Shown piece after piece: positions 10,347 to 19,626 of a DNA stretch of 64,000 bases (position 1 is the stretch's first letter; each line of letters opens with the position of its first letter). The stretch lies in assembly GCA_963781885.1 (NCBI GenBank), contig CAWAHW010000002.1:480001-544000 (forward strand), read 5' to 3'. The translations under genes were made by a program, and so were the position numbers. The DNA comes from an uncultured Spirochaetota bacterium. Lineage in GTDB: Bacteria; Spirochaetota; Spirochaetia; SZUA-6; Fen-1364. The notes beneath the pieces are model-generated. The model worked only from the letters and a program-made list of their open reading frames with translations. It ran no database searches and was not told the DNA's origin.

Positions 10347-11417
10347 ATGGATATCGTCGAGGAGTGGATCGGCACACAGCGGCAGTCGTCCACGCGGATC
10401 CGCATCCAGCAGCTTCGAAAGAGCTTCGGCAGCGTCGAGGTCCTGAAGGCGATCGACATCGAGATCGACCGGGGGGAGTTCTTCACTCTGTTGGGCGCAT
10501 CGGGCTGCGGCAAGACGACGCTCCTGCGGTGCATGGCGGGTTTCGAGGAGCCGAACGCGGGAAGGATCTTCTTCGGCGAATCGGATATCACCACGCTCAA
10601 GCCATGGCAGCGTCACGTCGGGTTCGTCTTCCAGAACTACGCGCTGTGGCCGCATTTGAGCGTCTTCGACAATATCGCCTACGGCCTGAAAATGCGGAAA
10701 GTGCCGCACGGGGAGACGACCCAACGGGTCGCCGCGGTGCTGGAGACGGTGAATCTCCCCGGCATCGAAAAGCGCTTCCCGGGGCAGCTCTCGGGCGGCC
10801 AGCAGCAGCGGGTGGCCATTGCGCGGGCTCTGGTCTTCAATCCGCGCGTCCTCCTCCTCGACGAGCCGCTTTCGAACCTCGACGCGAAGCTTCGCGAAAG
10901 GATGCGCCATGAAATCCGCGACCTGCAGAAAAGGCTCGGAATCACGAGCGTTTACGTGACCCACGATCAGGAGGAGGCCCTGGAGATATCGGATCGGATC
11001 GCGGTGATGGAGGAGGGCAGGATCCGGCAGACGGGCAGCCCCGTGGAGGTGTACGACCAACCGGCGGATCGTTTCACCGCCGGCTTCGTCGGGAAGAGCA
11101 ACTTCGTGGAGGGAACCGTCACGCGCGGTCGGTTCGTCACCGCGTCGGGGATCGCCCTCCCCGTGCCTTCCGCCGAAAAGGAGGGCGATGTCATTCTTTG
11201 CTTCCGTCCCGAGAACGTCATCATCGTCGCCGAAGGCGACACGGGATTTCCGCTCGAGGTGGCCGGCTCGACGTATCTCGGCAACGCCGTTCAGCTCTCC
11301 GCCAGCCTCGCCGACGGCACCCTCTTCACAATCGACGCAAAGGAGCGCATTCCCCGAGGGACGCGGATTTCAGTGCGGATCGAGAAATGCCGGTTCTTTC
11401 CGAGGAGACCGCAGTGA
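10347..11417 (+). CDS. ABC transporter ATP-binding protein (PotA/FbpC type)
   Basis: GASGCGKT, LSGGQQQR, LLLDEP, TOBE-like C-terminus. Confidence 0.95.
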   Translation: MDIVEEWIGTQRQSSTRIRIQQLRKSFGSVEVLKAIDIEIDRGEFFTLLGASGCGKTTLLRCMAGFEEPNAGRIFFGESDITTLKPWQRHVGFVFQNYALWPHLSVFDNIAYGLKMRKVPHGETTQRVAAVLETVNLPGIEKRFPGQLSGGQQQRVAIARALVFNPRVLLLDEPLSNLDAKLRERMRHEIRDLQKRLGITSVYVTHDQEEALEISDRIAVMEEGRIRQTGSPVEVYDQPADRFTAGFVGKSNFVEGTVTRGRFVTASGIALPVPSAEKEGDVILCFRPENVIIVAEGDTGFPLEVAGSTYLGNAVQLSASLADGTLFTIDAKERIPRGTRISVRIEKCRFFPRRPQ

Positions 11418-12370
11418 TCGAGGATCGGATCGGCATCAGCATGAACGCCGACATGATCGATGGCTCCCTGGAGCGCTTCGATGAGCACCTGGGACATATC
11501 GCGGGCTCCGGCGCACGCTGCGCAGAGCTCATCCTGCACGGGCTGGATGTCGTCGTCAACGGCAGCCTGGACCTCGTCCAGCTCGGGAAGATCCGGCGGA
11601 TCGCCGCGCGATATCCCCTGCGCTTCTCGTTGCATCTGCCGTACCTGCTGAACCTTCTCGACCACGAAAGGAAAGGGGAGTTCGCGGAGGTATTTCGCGC
11701 CGGCCTCAGGTTCGCCTCGGAGCTGGAGATTCCGATTGTCGTCTACCATGCAAGCTCGGCCGATCTTTCCCGCGCGGGGCCGGAGGGTTCCTCCTCCGGC
11801 CGGCGGAGGAGGAAGGATCGCAAGGAGATCTGGCGTGCGCTTCTCCTTGAGGACGCGGAGACTCTGTCTCGAATGGCCGATGAAGCCGCAACGCTCGGGG
11901 TGTCGATCGGCGTGGAGAATCCCGTTCGCTATGACATCGCTCGCGTGTACAGCTATGGCGTTTTTCCCGACGAGCTTGCCGCGCACGTTGCCCGGATCGG
12001 CCGGAAGAATCTCGGCATCACCCTCGACTTCGGCCATCTCTACCTTTCGTCGGTGCGATTCAATTTCGACTACCTCGATGCCGTTCGAGTATTGGCCTCG
12101 CATGCAATTCACACGCACATTCACGACAACTTCGGGAAACCTGACGCGGGGGAGCCCTATATCCAGCGCCTCCCGTACGGGAGGGGGGATCTTCACCTGC
12201 CTCCGGGAGCCGGAATCGCCCCGCTGGAGCCGGCGTTGACCGCTCTTGCCAGGACGGGGTATGACGGCCTTCTCATGCTCGAAATCGAATTCCGCCTGTT
12301 TCCTTGCTTCGCCGATCACGTAGCCGCCGCAAGGAAGTTGTTTGACGCAGCGGGGCTGAGCGCACGATAG
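11414..12370 (+). CDS. Sugar phosphate isomerase/epimerase (AP endonuclease 2 TIM barrel)
   Basis: GVEN, LDFGH, HTHIHDN, DLHLPPG, LEIE metal motifs; GTGA overlap with ATPase stop. Confidence 0.85.
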   Translation: MIEDRIGISMNADMIDGSLERFDEHLGHIAGSGARCAELILHGLDVVVNGSLDLVQLGKIRRIAARYPLRFSLHLPYLLNLLDHERKGEFAEVFRAGLRFASELEIPIVVYHASSADLSRAGPEGSSSGRRRRKDRKEIWRALLLEDAETLSRMADEAATLGVSIGVENPVRYDIARVYSYGVFPDELAAHVARIGRKNLGITLDFGHLYLSSVRFNFDYLDAVRVLASHAIHTHIHDNFGKPDAGEPYIQRLPYGRGDLHLPPGAGIAPLEPALTALARTGYDGLLMLEIEFRLFPCFADHVAAARKLFDAAGLSAR

Positions 12371-12617
12371 GCTTCGATGAAGCCAAAGGCGGAAATCTCG
12401 CGCCACCGGAGAAGCACACGCACATCGTCCCGTCTCAGCGATCTGGCGTTTGCCCAGAGAAAGGTCCCCTGGAACGCCTGTGCTTGCCGTAGCCCGGAGC
12501 GTTTACCGCGCATGGGGATCGTTGTCGATGTAGATGACTCCTGCCATGGTCCTTTACGATGGCGGGCAGTTTCAGGTACTTTCAACGCTGCGCAACAAAT
12601 GACGAGTTGACGGAGGT

Positions 12618-13841
12618 GTGGCTGTGGCCGATTCCCACGTGAAACTGTATCCCTACCGTTGGATCGTACTCGCAACGTTCATGCTGATCAACGTGATGGT
12701 GCAGGTCCTGTGGATCTGCTATGCGCCGGTCGCATCCCTTGCTGCAATCTCCTATGGCGTGCAGAGAGCCGATGTCGACCTGCTCGCCAACCTGTTCCTG
12801 CTCATCTATCTGCCGGTTGCCTTTCCCGCGGCATGGGCCATTGATACGTTCGGGTTCAAAAAGGCTGTCGGCTTCGGCGCAATCCTCATGGCTGTGTTCG
12901 GACTGCTTCGGGCGGTTTTTCCTTTCAGCTACGCCGCTGCCCTCACCGGGACGATCGGGATCTCCATCGGGCAGCCGTTCCTCCTCACCGCTTTTACGAA
13001 GCTTGCCGCCGAATGGTTCCCGCAGAAACAGCGCGCCACCATCACCGGCGTGATATTTCTCTCGCTGTTTCTCGGCATCGGGTTGGGTGAATCAATCAGC
13101 CCCTCTTTGGTGGCCGCCCGAGGATTCAACGGAATGCAGCTTGTCTACGGAATCGCCGCTGCCGCGGCGACTGTCCTGTTTCTCATCTTCGCGCGGGCCA
13201 AGCCTCCCACGCCGGCGAGCCCACCCGGAGAAGACGTACGGGCTCTCATGTTCGATGGCTTGAAACAGATCCTGAGGAATCGCGACGTCTATGTGCTCTC
13301 CCTCGCGCTCGTTTTCGGCAGCGGGATCGTGAATGCGATATTCACGCTGATCGACGGATTTGGAAAGGAAAAATCCCTGACGGTCGACCAGGGCGTCGTC
13401 CTCACCTCGCTCCTGCTGCTCGGGGGGATCCTCGGGAGTATCGTGATACCCGCGGTCTCTGACGGAATCAGGCGCCGCAAGCCCGTGCTGCTCGCGGGCC
13501 TTTTTCTCGGTGTGGTCGCCACCCTGGTGCTCGCGCTCGTCAGGAGCTTCGTCCTTGAGACGATCGTCTTTTTTGTCCTGGGATTCTGCGTGACCGGCAT
13601 CACGCCTGTCGCCTATCAGTACGGCGCGGAGATCACCCACCCGGCACCCGAGGGAACGAGCAATGGAGTCTTTGCGCTGATGGTCCAGGCATCGGGCCTG
13701 CTCATCGTGCTCATGGACGCGCTGCGCGGCACATTCAACAACTCGTACATCCCGTCATTTATCGGTCTCGCGATCCTGCTGGCGGCGAGCGGTATCCTGA
13801 TGTTCACGTTGAAGGAATCGCCGATCGTACGCAGGCAGTAA
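12618..13841 (+). CDS. MFS transporter (FLVCR-like)
   Basis: 12 TM, YPYRW, AAEWFPQKQRAT, EITHPAPEG. Confidence 0.9.
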   Translation: MAVADSHVKLYPYRWIVLATFMLINVMVQVLWICYAPVASLAAISYGVQRADVDLLANLFLLIYLPVAFPAAWAIDTFGFKKAVGFGAILMAVFGLLRAVFPFSYAAALTGTIGISIGQPFLLTAFTKLAAEWFPQKQRATITGVIFLSLFLGIGLGESISPSLVAARGFNGMQLVYGIAAAAATVLFLIFARAKPPTPASPPGEDVRALMFDGLKQILRNRDVYVLSLALVFGSGIVNAIFTLIDGFGKEKSLTVDQGVVLTSLLLLGGILGSIVIPAVSDGIRRRKPVLLAGLFLGVVATLVLALVRSFVLETIVFFVLGFCVTGITPVAYQYGAEITHPAPEGTSNGVFALMVQASGLLIVLMDALRGTFNNSYIPSFIGLAILLAASGILMFTLKESPIVRRQ

Positions 13842-13898
13842 AGCGAATGTCACGGAGGAGGGCGTCCGTCCTAAACGGCACCGGCACACCCGCAGCAG

Positions 13899-14441
13899 TC
13901 AAAACCTCCAACCGGCGGTCATGCCAAGCGTCACTCCCGTGTTCGTGCGGGAAGAGACAAGAGCCATGAATCCGAGGGAGGGCTCGAAAAAGAATCCCGT
14001 GTCACCGAAAACGACCCGGTAGCCTGCCCGGACGGCAGGTCCGAGCGCAAGGACGGACATCGCCGAGTCTCCCTGCGCGTATTCCCACGCGGCAACGGCT
14101 CCCGCCGCGACGAAGGGACCCCACTGCACGGGCCGCGCCGCGTCAACCACGAACAGCGACGTGAGATAGAAACGTGCGAGCGCCTCGGCATTGATCTGCA
14201 GGATCGACGTGTCCGTGCCCGTTGCCGCATAGAACGAAGGCTCCAGGTTGATGGCCCACCCGCGAGACAGCGGCAGCTCCACGGAGAGAGATACGGCGAG
14301 AGCGCCCACGAATGCACCGGCCGCTGTTGCGCCGATATCGGCGCCGACAGCCGTCCGCTCTGATGAAACGGGCGCAGCGCCTGCCGACAGTCCCGCCACC
14401 AGCACCATGGCGAGCCCGAGAAGAATTGCCTTCCGCGTCAT
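13899..14441 (-). CDS. Secreted putative outer-membrane beta-barrel protein
   Basis: Signal peptide, alternating amphipathic strands, C-terminal GWRF. Confidence 0.6.
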   Translation of the reverse strand: MTRKAILLGLAMVLVAGLSAGAAPVSSERTAVGADIGATAAGAFVGALAVSLSVELPLSRGWAINLEPSFYAATGTDTSILQINAEALARFYLTSLFVVDAARPVQWGPFVAAGAVAAWEYAQGDSAMSVLALGPAVRAGYRVVFGDTGFFFEPSLGFMALVSSRTNTGVTLGMTAGWRF

Positions 14442-14896
14442 TGCGTCACCGCCTTTTCAACGGCCTTCTGGAACGCCCTGCTCGAGTAGGTCGCACCGCT
14501 CACATCGTCCACGGGAATTGCTTTTGCCGCCTCGATCCTGCCGATCATGGCGTCGAGATTTGCGTTCAGCTCGTCCGTCGCGGACGCACCGACGGCAGAG
14601 AGAGATGTCGGCTCGTTCTTTGTCACCGTGACGACCTGAGCACCAGTGATCGTGACCGTGACGTTGAAATGGCGGTTCTTCGCGTACATGCCCGGCGGCA
14701 GCGCGAGGGTATAGTCCCCCGTGTAGGTGCCAGGGGCCACTGCCGCAAGATTCACGCTTCTCACGCTCAGATTGTCCAGGTACGCTTGCGGGCTGACGGC
14801 GCTCAGGACGCTGCACGCCGTCATCGACAGACAGAGTGCGACCGGGGCCAGCACGGACGATGTCCGTTTTGCAAGGCTGCATTTCGTTGGATTCAT
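14438..14896 (-). CDS. FMN-binding (flavinylated) lipoprotein
   Basis: Lipobox-like MTAC; VDDVSGATYSS flavinylation motif of the FMN_bind family. Confidence 0.8.
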   Translation of the reverse strand: MNPTKCSLAKRTSSVLAPVALCLSMTACSVLSAVSPQAYLDNLSVRSVNLAAVAPGTYTGDYTLALPPGMYAKNRHFNVTVTITGAQVVTVTKNEPTSLSAVGASATDELNANLDAMIGRIEAAKAIPVDDVSGATYSSRAFQKAVEKAVTQ

Positions 14897-15045
14897 CTTC
14901 TGTTGTCCTCTCCAGAGGGCGCACGATCGAATAATCTAGCGAGCAGGAACCACAGGACCAGAACCAGCATCCCCCAACCGAGGGCTTGCAGAATCATGGC
15001 GGGCAAGAACACGGACGGCAGAAAGATCATGAGAGTCCACCTCAT
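14893..15045 (-). CDS. Small (50 aa) hydrophobic membrane protein, not in the ORF track
   Basis: MRWTLMIFLPSVFLPAMILQALGWGMLVLVLWFLLARLFDRAPSGEDNRR; AGGAG RBS; ATGA overlap with the FMN-binding gene start. Confidence 0.55.
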   Translation of the reverse strand: MRWTLMIFLPSVFLPAMILQALGWGMLVLVLWFLLARLFDRAPSGEDNRR

Positions 15046-15193
15046 CGCGCGGCTCCTGTCAGGTCTTCAGCCTATGACAGCGGGTTTGCCATGCTCTTAA
15101 GAGGAGATTGCAGAATCATTAATTCGACGCTTTGAGCGCATGGGCGCCGATTCGGACGTCGGCACATCGGCATGAATGGGCTCGTATGGATTT

Positions 15194-15278
15194 TGCTGCG
15201 GACTGGACTTGAACCAGCACACCCTTTCGGGCACTAGCCCCTCAAGCTAGCGTGTCTACCAAATTTCACCACCGCAGC
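15194..15278 (-). tRNA. tRNA-Leu(GAG)
   Basis: GCTGCGG acceptor stem, D-arm, CTAGC-TTGAGGG-GCTAG anticodon arm, long variable arm, GTTCAAGTC T-loop; CCA not encoded. Confidence 0.96.
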
Positions 15279-15633
15279 GGGTAGAATCGGACTATAGCAA
15301 TTCGGCTTCATTCATGTCAATGGCCGCGAGCTGCCGCCCTGCGGTCGCGCGAGTTTTCCGCACGTTTTCTTCCATAAAATCCGGGCAGACTTGTCAACCT
15401 GCGCCAGGCCCGATAGATTAGCGGGATGATCCGTGCCCAGTACGATCCCGCGCGCCCCGAGCTTCTGCCGCCCACGTTCGGCGGCCACGCCACGGTGAAG
15501 CGGGGCGGCCGCGGCGAAGTGTTTGTCCATGGCAGTTGCGGCGATGGCAGCGAAAGCGCGACGGAAGAGTCACCCGGAGCGCGCCGGGGCGACTGAGTCG
15601 ACGTTCGGCGCGCCAACAGAAAGAGGATCCACC

Positions 15634-16947
15634 ATGCAGAAACGGAGCGTCGTCATCATGGGCGCCGCGGGACGGGACTTCCACAATTTCAACTGCGTCT
15701 TCCGCGACGATGCAAACGTACGGGTCGCGGCATTCACGGCGACGCAGATCCCCGACATCGCCGGCCGCCGCTATCCCTCCGACCTCGCGGGAAAGCTCTA
15801 TCCCGGGGGGATCCCCATCATCCCGGAATCCGACCTGGAGGAGCTCTTTAAAAAGCAGAAGATCGATGAGGCCGTCTTCTCCTACTCGGACGTCTCCCAT
15901 CAGCATGTGATGGAGCAGGCGTCCCGCGTTGTCACACTCGGCGCCGACTTCCGCCTCCTCGGGGCGCGGCCCACCATGATCAAGGCGCGCGTGCCCGTGG
16001 TCGCCGTCTGCGCCGTGCGCACGGGAAGCGGCAAGAGCCAGACCACGCGACGGGTCGCGCGCATTTTGAAAGACATGGGCCGTACGCCGGTTGTCATCCG
16101 TCACCCTATGCCCTATGGCGACCTCTCTGCCCAGAAGGTGCAGCGTTTCGCGACCCTGGACGACATGAAGCGGCACAAGTGCACCATCGAGGAGATGGAG
16201 GAATACGAGCCGCACATCGACCAGGGCTTCGTCGTCTATGCGGGCGTTGACTATGCGGCCATCCTCGCCGAGGCGGAGAAGGAAGCGGACGTCGTTCTGT
16301 GGGACGGCGGCAACAACGACATTCCCTTTTATGTTCCGGACGTCCACATCACGGTCGTCGATCCCCACCGTCCTGGGCATGAGCTCACCTATTTCCCGGG
16401 CAGGGTGAACCTTGCCATGGCCGACGTGATCGTCATCAACAAGATCGACACGGCGACGCCGGAGGGCATCAACAAGGTGCGCGCAAGCATCCGCGCCGTG
16501 AATCCCCGCGCCGAGGTGGTCGACGCCGCCTCACCGATATTCGTGGACAATGCGGACGCCATCAGGGGGAAGCGCGTCCTCGTCGTGGAGGACGGCCCCA
16601 CCCTGACACACGGCGAGATGACCTATGGATCGGGCATGGTTGCGGCGGAGAAGTTCGGCGCCGCGGAGGTCGTGAATCCCCGGCCCTTCGTCACCGGCAA
16701 GATCAAGCGGACCTTCGAGCGCTACCCGAATATCGGGCCGCTCCTGCCGGCGCTCGGCTACGGGGACGAGCAGGTGCATGACCTGGAGGAGACGATCCGC
16801 CGGGTCCCGTGTGACCTGGTGATCGTGGCCACGCCGGTGGATCTCACGCGCATCATCGCGATCGACAAGCCCATGCTCCGGGTGCGCTACGAGCTGCAGG
16901 AGCTGGGCAACCCGAATCTCACGGATATCCTGAAAGCGAGGCTGTGA
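15634..16947 (+). CDS. COG2403 P-loop GTPase/cDPG-synthetase-like protein, probable arginine synthetase (ArcE-like)
   Basis: MGAAGRDFHNFN, AVRTGSGKSQT, RHPMPYG, EEYEPH, WDGGNND, EDGPTLTHG; coupled to argF. Confidence 0.8.
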   Translation: MQKRSVVIMGAAGRDFHNFNCVFRDDANVRVAAFTATQIPDIAGRRYPSDLAGKLYPGGIPIIPESDLEELFKKQKIDEAVFSYSDVSHQHVMEQASRVVTLGADFRLLGARPTMIKARVPVVAVCAVRTGSGKSQTTRRVARILKDMGRTPVVIRHPMPYGDLSAQKVQRFATLDDMKRHKCTIEEMEEYEPHIDQGFVVYAGVDYAAILAEAEKEADVVLWDGGNNDIPFYVPDVHITVVDPHRPGHELTYFPGRVNLAMADVIVINKIDTATPEGINKVRASIRAVNPRAEVVDAASPIFVDNADAIRGKRVLVVEDGPTLTHGEMTYGSGMVAAEKFGAAEVVNPRPFVTGKIKRTFERYPNIGPLLPALGYGDEQVHDLEETIRRVPCDLVIVATPVDLTRIIAIDKPMLRVRYELQELGNPNLTDILKARL

Positions 16948-17885
16948 TGGCGGTGGACATGAAAGGCAGGTCGTTTCTCACGTTGAAGGACTGGAGCCCC
17001 GACGAGGTGCGCGCGGTGCTGAATCTCTCTCACCGCGTGAAGAAGGAGGGCAGGGCCGGCCGCCGCAAGCAGCGCTTCCAGGGAAGGACGCTTGCCCTGC
17101 TCTTCGAAAAGCGCTCCACGCGCACGCGCTCCGCATTCGAGACGGCCTTCGGCGAAGAGGGCGGGCACCCGGTCTTCCTGTCCACGTTGGACATCCATCT
17201 CGGCGTGAAGGAGGCGTTGGAGGATACCGCGCGGGTGCTCGGGCGCATGTTCGATGCGATAGAGTTCCGCGGCTTCAAGCAGTCGACCGTGGAGACGCTC
17301 GCGAAGTATGCCGGCGTGCCGGTGTACAACGGGCTCACCGATGAGTGGCATCCCACGCAGGTGCTTGCGGACCTCATGACGCTGGAAGAGGCCTTTGGCA
17401 CGGCGGCAGGCCGCAAGCTCGTGTTCGTGGGAGACGGCCGCAACAATGTGGCGCACACGTTGCTCGTCGGCTGCGCCCAGATGGGCGTGAACGTGACGAT
17501 CGCGGCTCCGGCCTCGCTGCAACCGGCCGTCGACGTCATGGAATGGTCGCGGGCGATGGCCGCACGGACGGGGTGCACCGTGTCCGCGATGACCGATCCG
17601 CGGGAGGCCGTGAAAGGCGCCGATGCCGTCTATACGGATGTCTGGGTCTCCATGGGAGAAGAGGAGAAAAGCGGCGAACGCATCGCCCTTCTCACGCCGT
17701 ACCAGGTGAATGACGCGCTGATGGCAGCAACCGGTAACAAAGACGCGATTTTCCTCCATTGTCTCCCTGCCGTGAAGGGCAAGGAAGTCACCGAAGCCGT
17801 CATCGAGGGACCGGCGTCCAGGGTTTGGGACGAGGCGGAAAATCGCAAGCACACGATCAAGGCGCTCATGCTCGCGACCCTGTGA
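16947..17885 (+). CDS. argF: Ornithine carbamoyltransferase
   Basis: FEKRSTRTR, HPTQ, DVWVSMG, HCLP, EAENR. Confidence 0.95.
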   Translation: MAVDMKGRSFLTLKDWSPDEVRAVLNLSHRVKKEGRAGRRKQRFQGRTLALLFEKRSTRTRSAFETAFGEEGGHPVFLSTLDIHLGVKEALEDTARVLGRMFDAIEFRGFKQSTVETLAKYAGVPVYNGLTDEWHPTQVLADLMTLEEAFGTAAGRKLVFVGDGRNNVAHTLLVGCAQMGVNVTIAAPASLQPAVDVMEWSRAMAARTGCTVSAMTDPREAVKGADAVYTDVWVSMGEEEKSGERIALLTPYQVNDALMAATGNKDAIFLHCLPAVKGKEVTEAVIEGPASRVWDEAENRKHTIKALMLATL

Positions 17886-17913
17886 CTTGACGCGCGAGCG
17901 GAGCTCGCGGAAT

Positions 17914-17951
17914 GCCACAGAATCGCACGGAGTACCGTGCGATTCTGTGGC
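17914..17951. repeat. Perfect 17-bp inverted repeat, REP-like hairpin with AGTA loop
   Basis: GCCACAGAATCGCACGG-AGTA-CCGTGCGATTCTGTGGC; same CACGG-AGTA-CCGTG core as the 22.2-kb array. Confidence 0.85.
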
Positions 17952-18028
17952 CGGGCGAATCACCTTGAAATGAGCGCCGAAACCGCTATTATATTGGATG
18001 TGGCAAGGATGTGGTTGAGGAGGGCTCG

Positions 18029-18442
18029 ATGAAGAAGGCGGGCTTTGTTCTGGCTGCCGCGCTCCTGATGCTGGCAAGCGTGCCGGCGATTGCCCAGGCG
18101 CAGGCCTATCCCAAGGACGCGTACTACAAAGAGATGCCCATCATCAAGATCTGGAGCCATCAGCTCGGATACAAGATCCAGTTCTGGAGCAGCAAGTCCA
18201 CGGTAAACGAGATCTATGTCCCCCTCACCTGGTTCAACAAGGGATCCGATTCCAAGGCCGACATCTTCTATGGGAACGAGCCCCACTACCCGTACTTCGC
18301 CATTTACTGGGTGGACGGGAAATTCGACCATATCGACATCTACGCTTTGAACAACTACAACTCCCTCACGTGGGGCGTCCTGGAGTCGGCGACGGACCTC
18401 TCCAGCCAGTTCAACGTGCAGGACGTACCAAAGGATTTCTGA
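18029..18442 (+). CDS. Secreted hypothetical protein
   Basis: GAGGAGG RBS, signal peptide, typical codon usage. Confidence 0.75.
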   Translation: MKKAGFVLAAALLMLASVPAIAQAQAYPKDAYYKEMPIIKIWSHQLGYKIQFWSSKSTVNEIYVPLTWFNKGSDSKADIFYGNEPHYPYFAIYWVDGKFDHIDIYALNNYNSLTWGVLESATDLSSQFNVQDVPKDF

Positions 18443-18456
18443 GAGCCGCGCGACTC

Positions 18457-19626
18457 ATGCCGGACATCGAAGGGATACTGGAGGCCATCCGGGAGCAGCA
18501 GCTCTCCGGATGGCTTTTCTTCAACATCTGGCATCGTGACGAGATCGCCGACACGCTGCTGGAGGTGCCGCAGTCGCGCAGCAATTCCCGACCCTGGGTC
18601 TGCGTGCTCTGCCCCGGGCGCGCGGCGATCAAAATCGTCCATCGCATCGAAGCATCCATCCTCGATCACATTCCCGGCGAGAAGATCCTCTACTACACGA
18701 GGCAGGAATTCCTGGAGGCAATCGGCCGGGCGCTGCCCCGCGCGGCTGCTCTTGCCGTGAACTACAGCCCGGGCATCCCTGTCGGCTCGTTTCTCGACCA
18801 CGGCACGGCGCTGCTCCTCCAGTCCTTCGGCGCGGCTCTCGTCCCCTCGGAAAGCCTGGTCGCGCGCTGCCTGGGCGGTCTGAGCGCGGAGGGCCGTCGC
18901 ACGCACGAAGCAGCGGCCCAGGTGCTCTATGCTGCCGTGGCCGATGCCTGGTCGCGCATCCGGGCGGCCTTCGCGGAGGGCCGTCGCGTGACCGAAGGGC
19001 AGGCGCGGGACGGGATACTGGCGGCGCTGGAAGCTGCCGGCATGGAAAGCGATGCGCCCCCGATCGTCGGTGCGGGTGTGCATACTGCCGATCCGCATTT
19101 CGGCGTGCAGGCCGGGGGAGCGGCGCTGGAGCAGGGCGACGTCGTGCAATTCGACCTGTGGGCGAAGATGAAGACGCCGGGCGCGGTGTACGCGGACATC
19201 TCCTGGCTGGGCGTCTGCGCCTCCGCGCCCACCCCCGAGCAGAAGCGGCTCTTCGACGCGGTGGTGCAGGCGCGTGAAGCCGCCCTCGCCCTGCTCCAGC
19301 GCCGCCTTTCCGACGGGGCAGCCGTGACCGGCGCGGACGTGGACGGCGCCGCGCGCGCAGCGTTGGTAGAGGCGGGGTTCGCGGAGCTCATCAAACATCG
19401 CACGGGGCACAGCATCGGCGCGCGCGTGCATGGTTTCGGCGTCAATCTCGATTCGGTGGAGTTCCCCGACAAACGGACGCTCACCGATGGGGCTCTCTTC
19501 TCGATCGAGCCCGGCCTGTACGGCGAGGACTTCGGCATGCGCACCGAAATCGACTGCCTCATCCACGACGGCCGCGCCGTGGTGACTGGCCAACCGCGTC
19601 AGACGGCGCTCCTGACCCTCGGGTGA
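18457..19626 (+). CDS. M24 family (Xaa-Pro) metallopeptidase
   Basis: DPH, DLWAK..YADISW, HRTGHSIG, FSIEPGLY, GMRTE. Confidence 0.9.
   Translation: MPDIEGILEAIREQQLSGWLFFNIWHRDEIADTLLEVPQSRSNSRPWVCVLCPGRAAIKIVHRIEASILDHIPGEKILYYTRQEFLEAIGRALPRAAALAVNYSPGIPVGSFLDHGTALLLQSFGAALVPSESLVARCLGGLSAEGRRTHEAAAQVLYAAVADAWSRIRAAFAEGRRVTEGQARDGILAALEAAGMESDAPPIVGAGVHTADPHFGVQAGGAALEQGDVVQFDLWAKMKTPGAVYADISWLGVCASAPTPEQKRLFDAVVQAREAALALLQRRLSDGAAVTGADVDGAARAALVEAGFAELIKHRTGHSIGARVHGFGVNLDSVEFPDKRTLTDGALFSIEPGLYGEDFGMRTEIDCLIHDGRAVVTGQPRQTALLTLG

Noticed and set aside
5887-10600. Long antisense and alternative-frame ORFs (e.g. 5887..7470 and 8672..10600, and many others across the window)
   Set aside because: Shadow ORFs expected from high GC3 codon bias; no recognisable motifs
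14986-15119. 12-bp direct repeat TTGCAGAATCAT
   Set aside because: Only two copies, one within a coding region; no supporting context
1-15194. Integrative island at tRNA-Leu
   Set aside because: Content is accessory-like, but no integrase or duplicated tRNA 3' end was seen in the window
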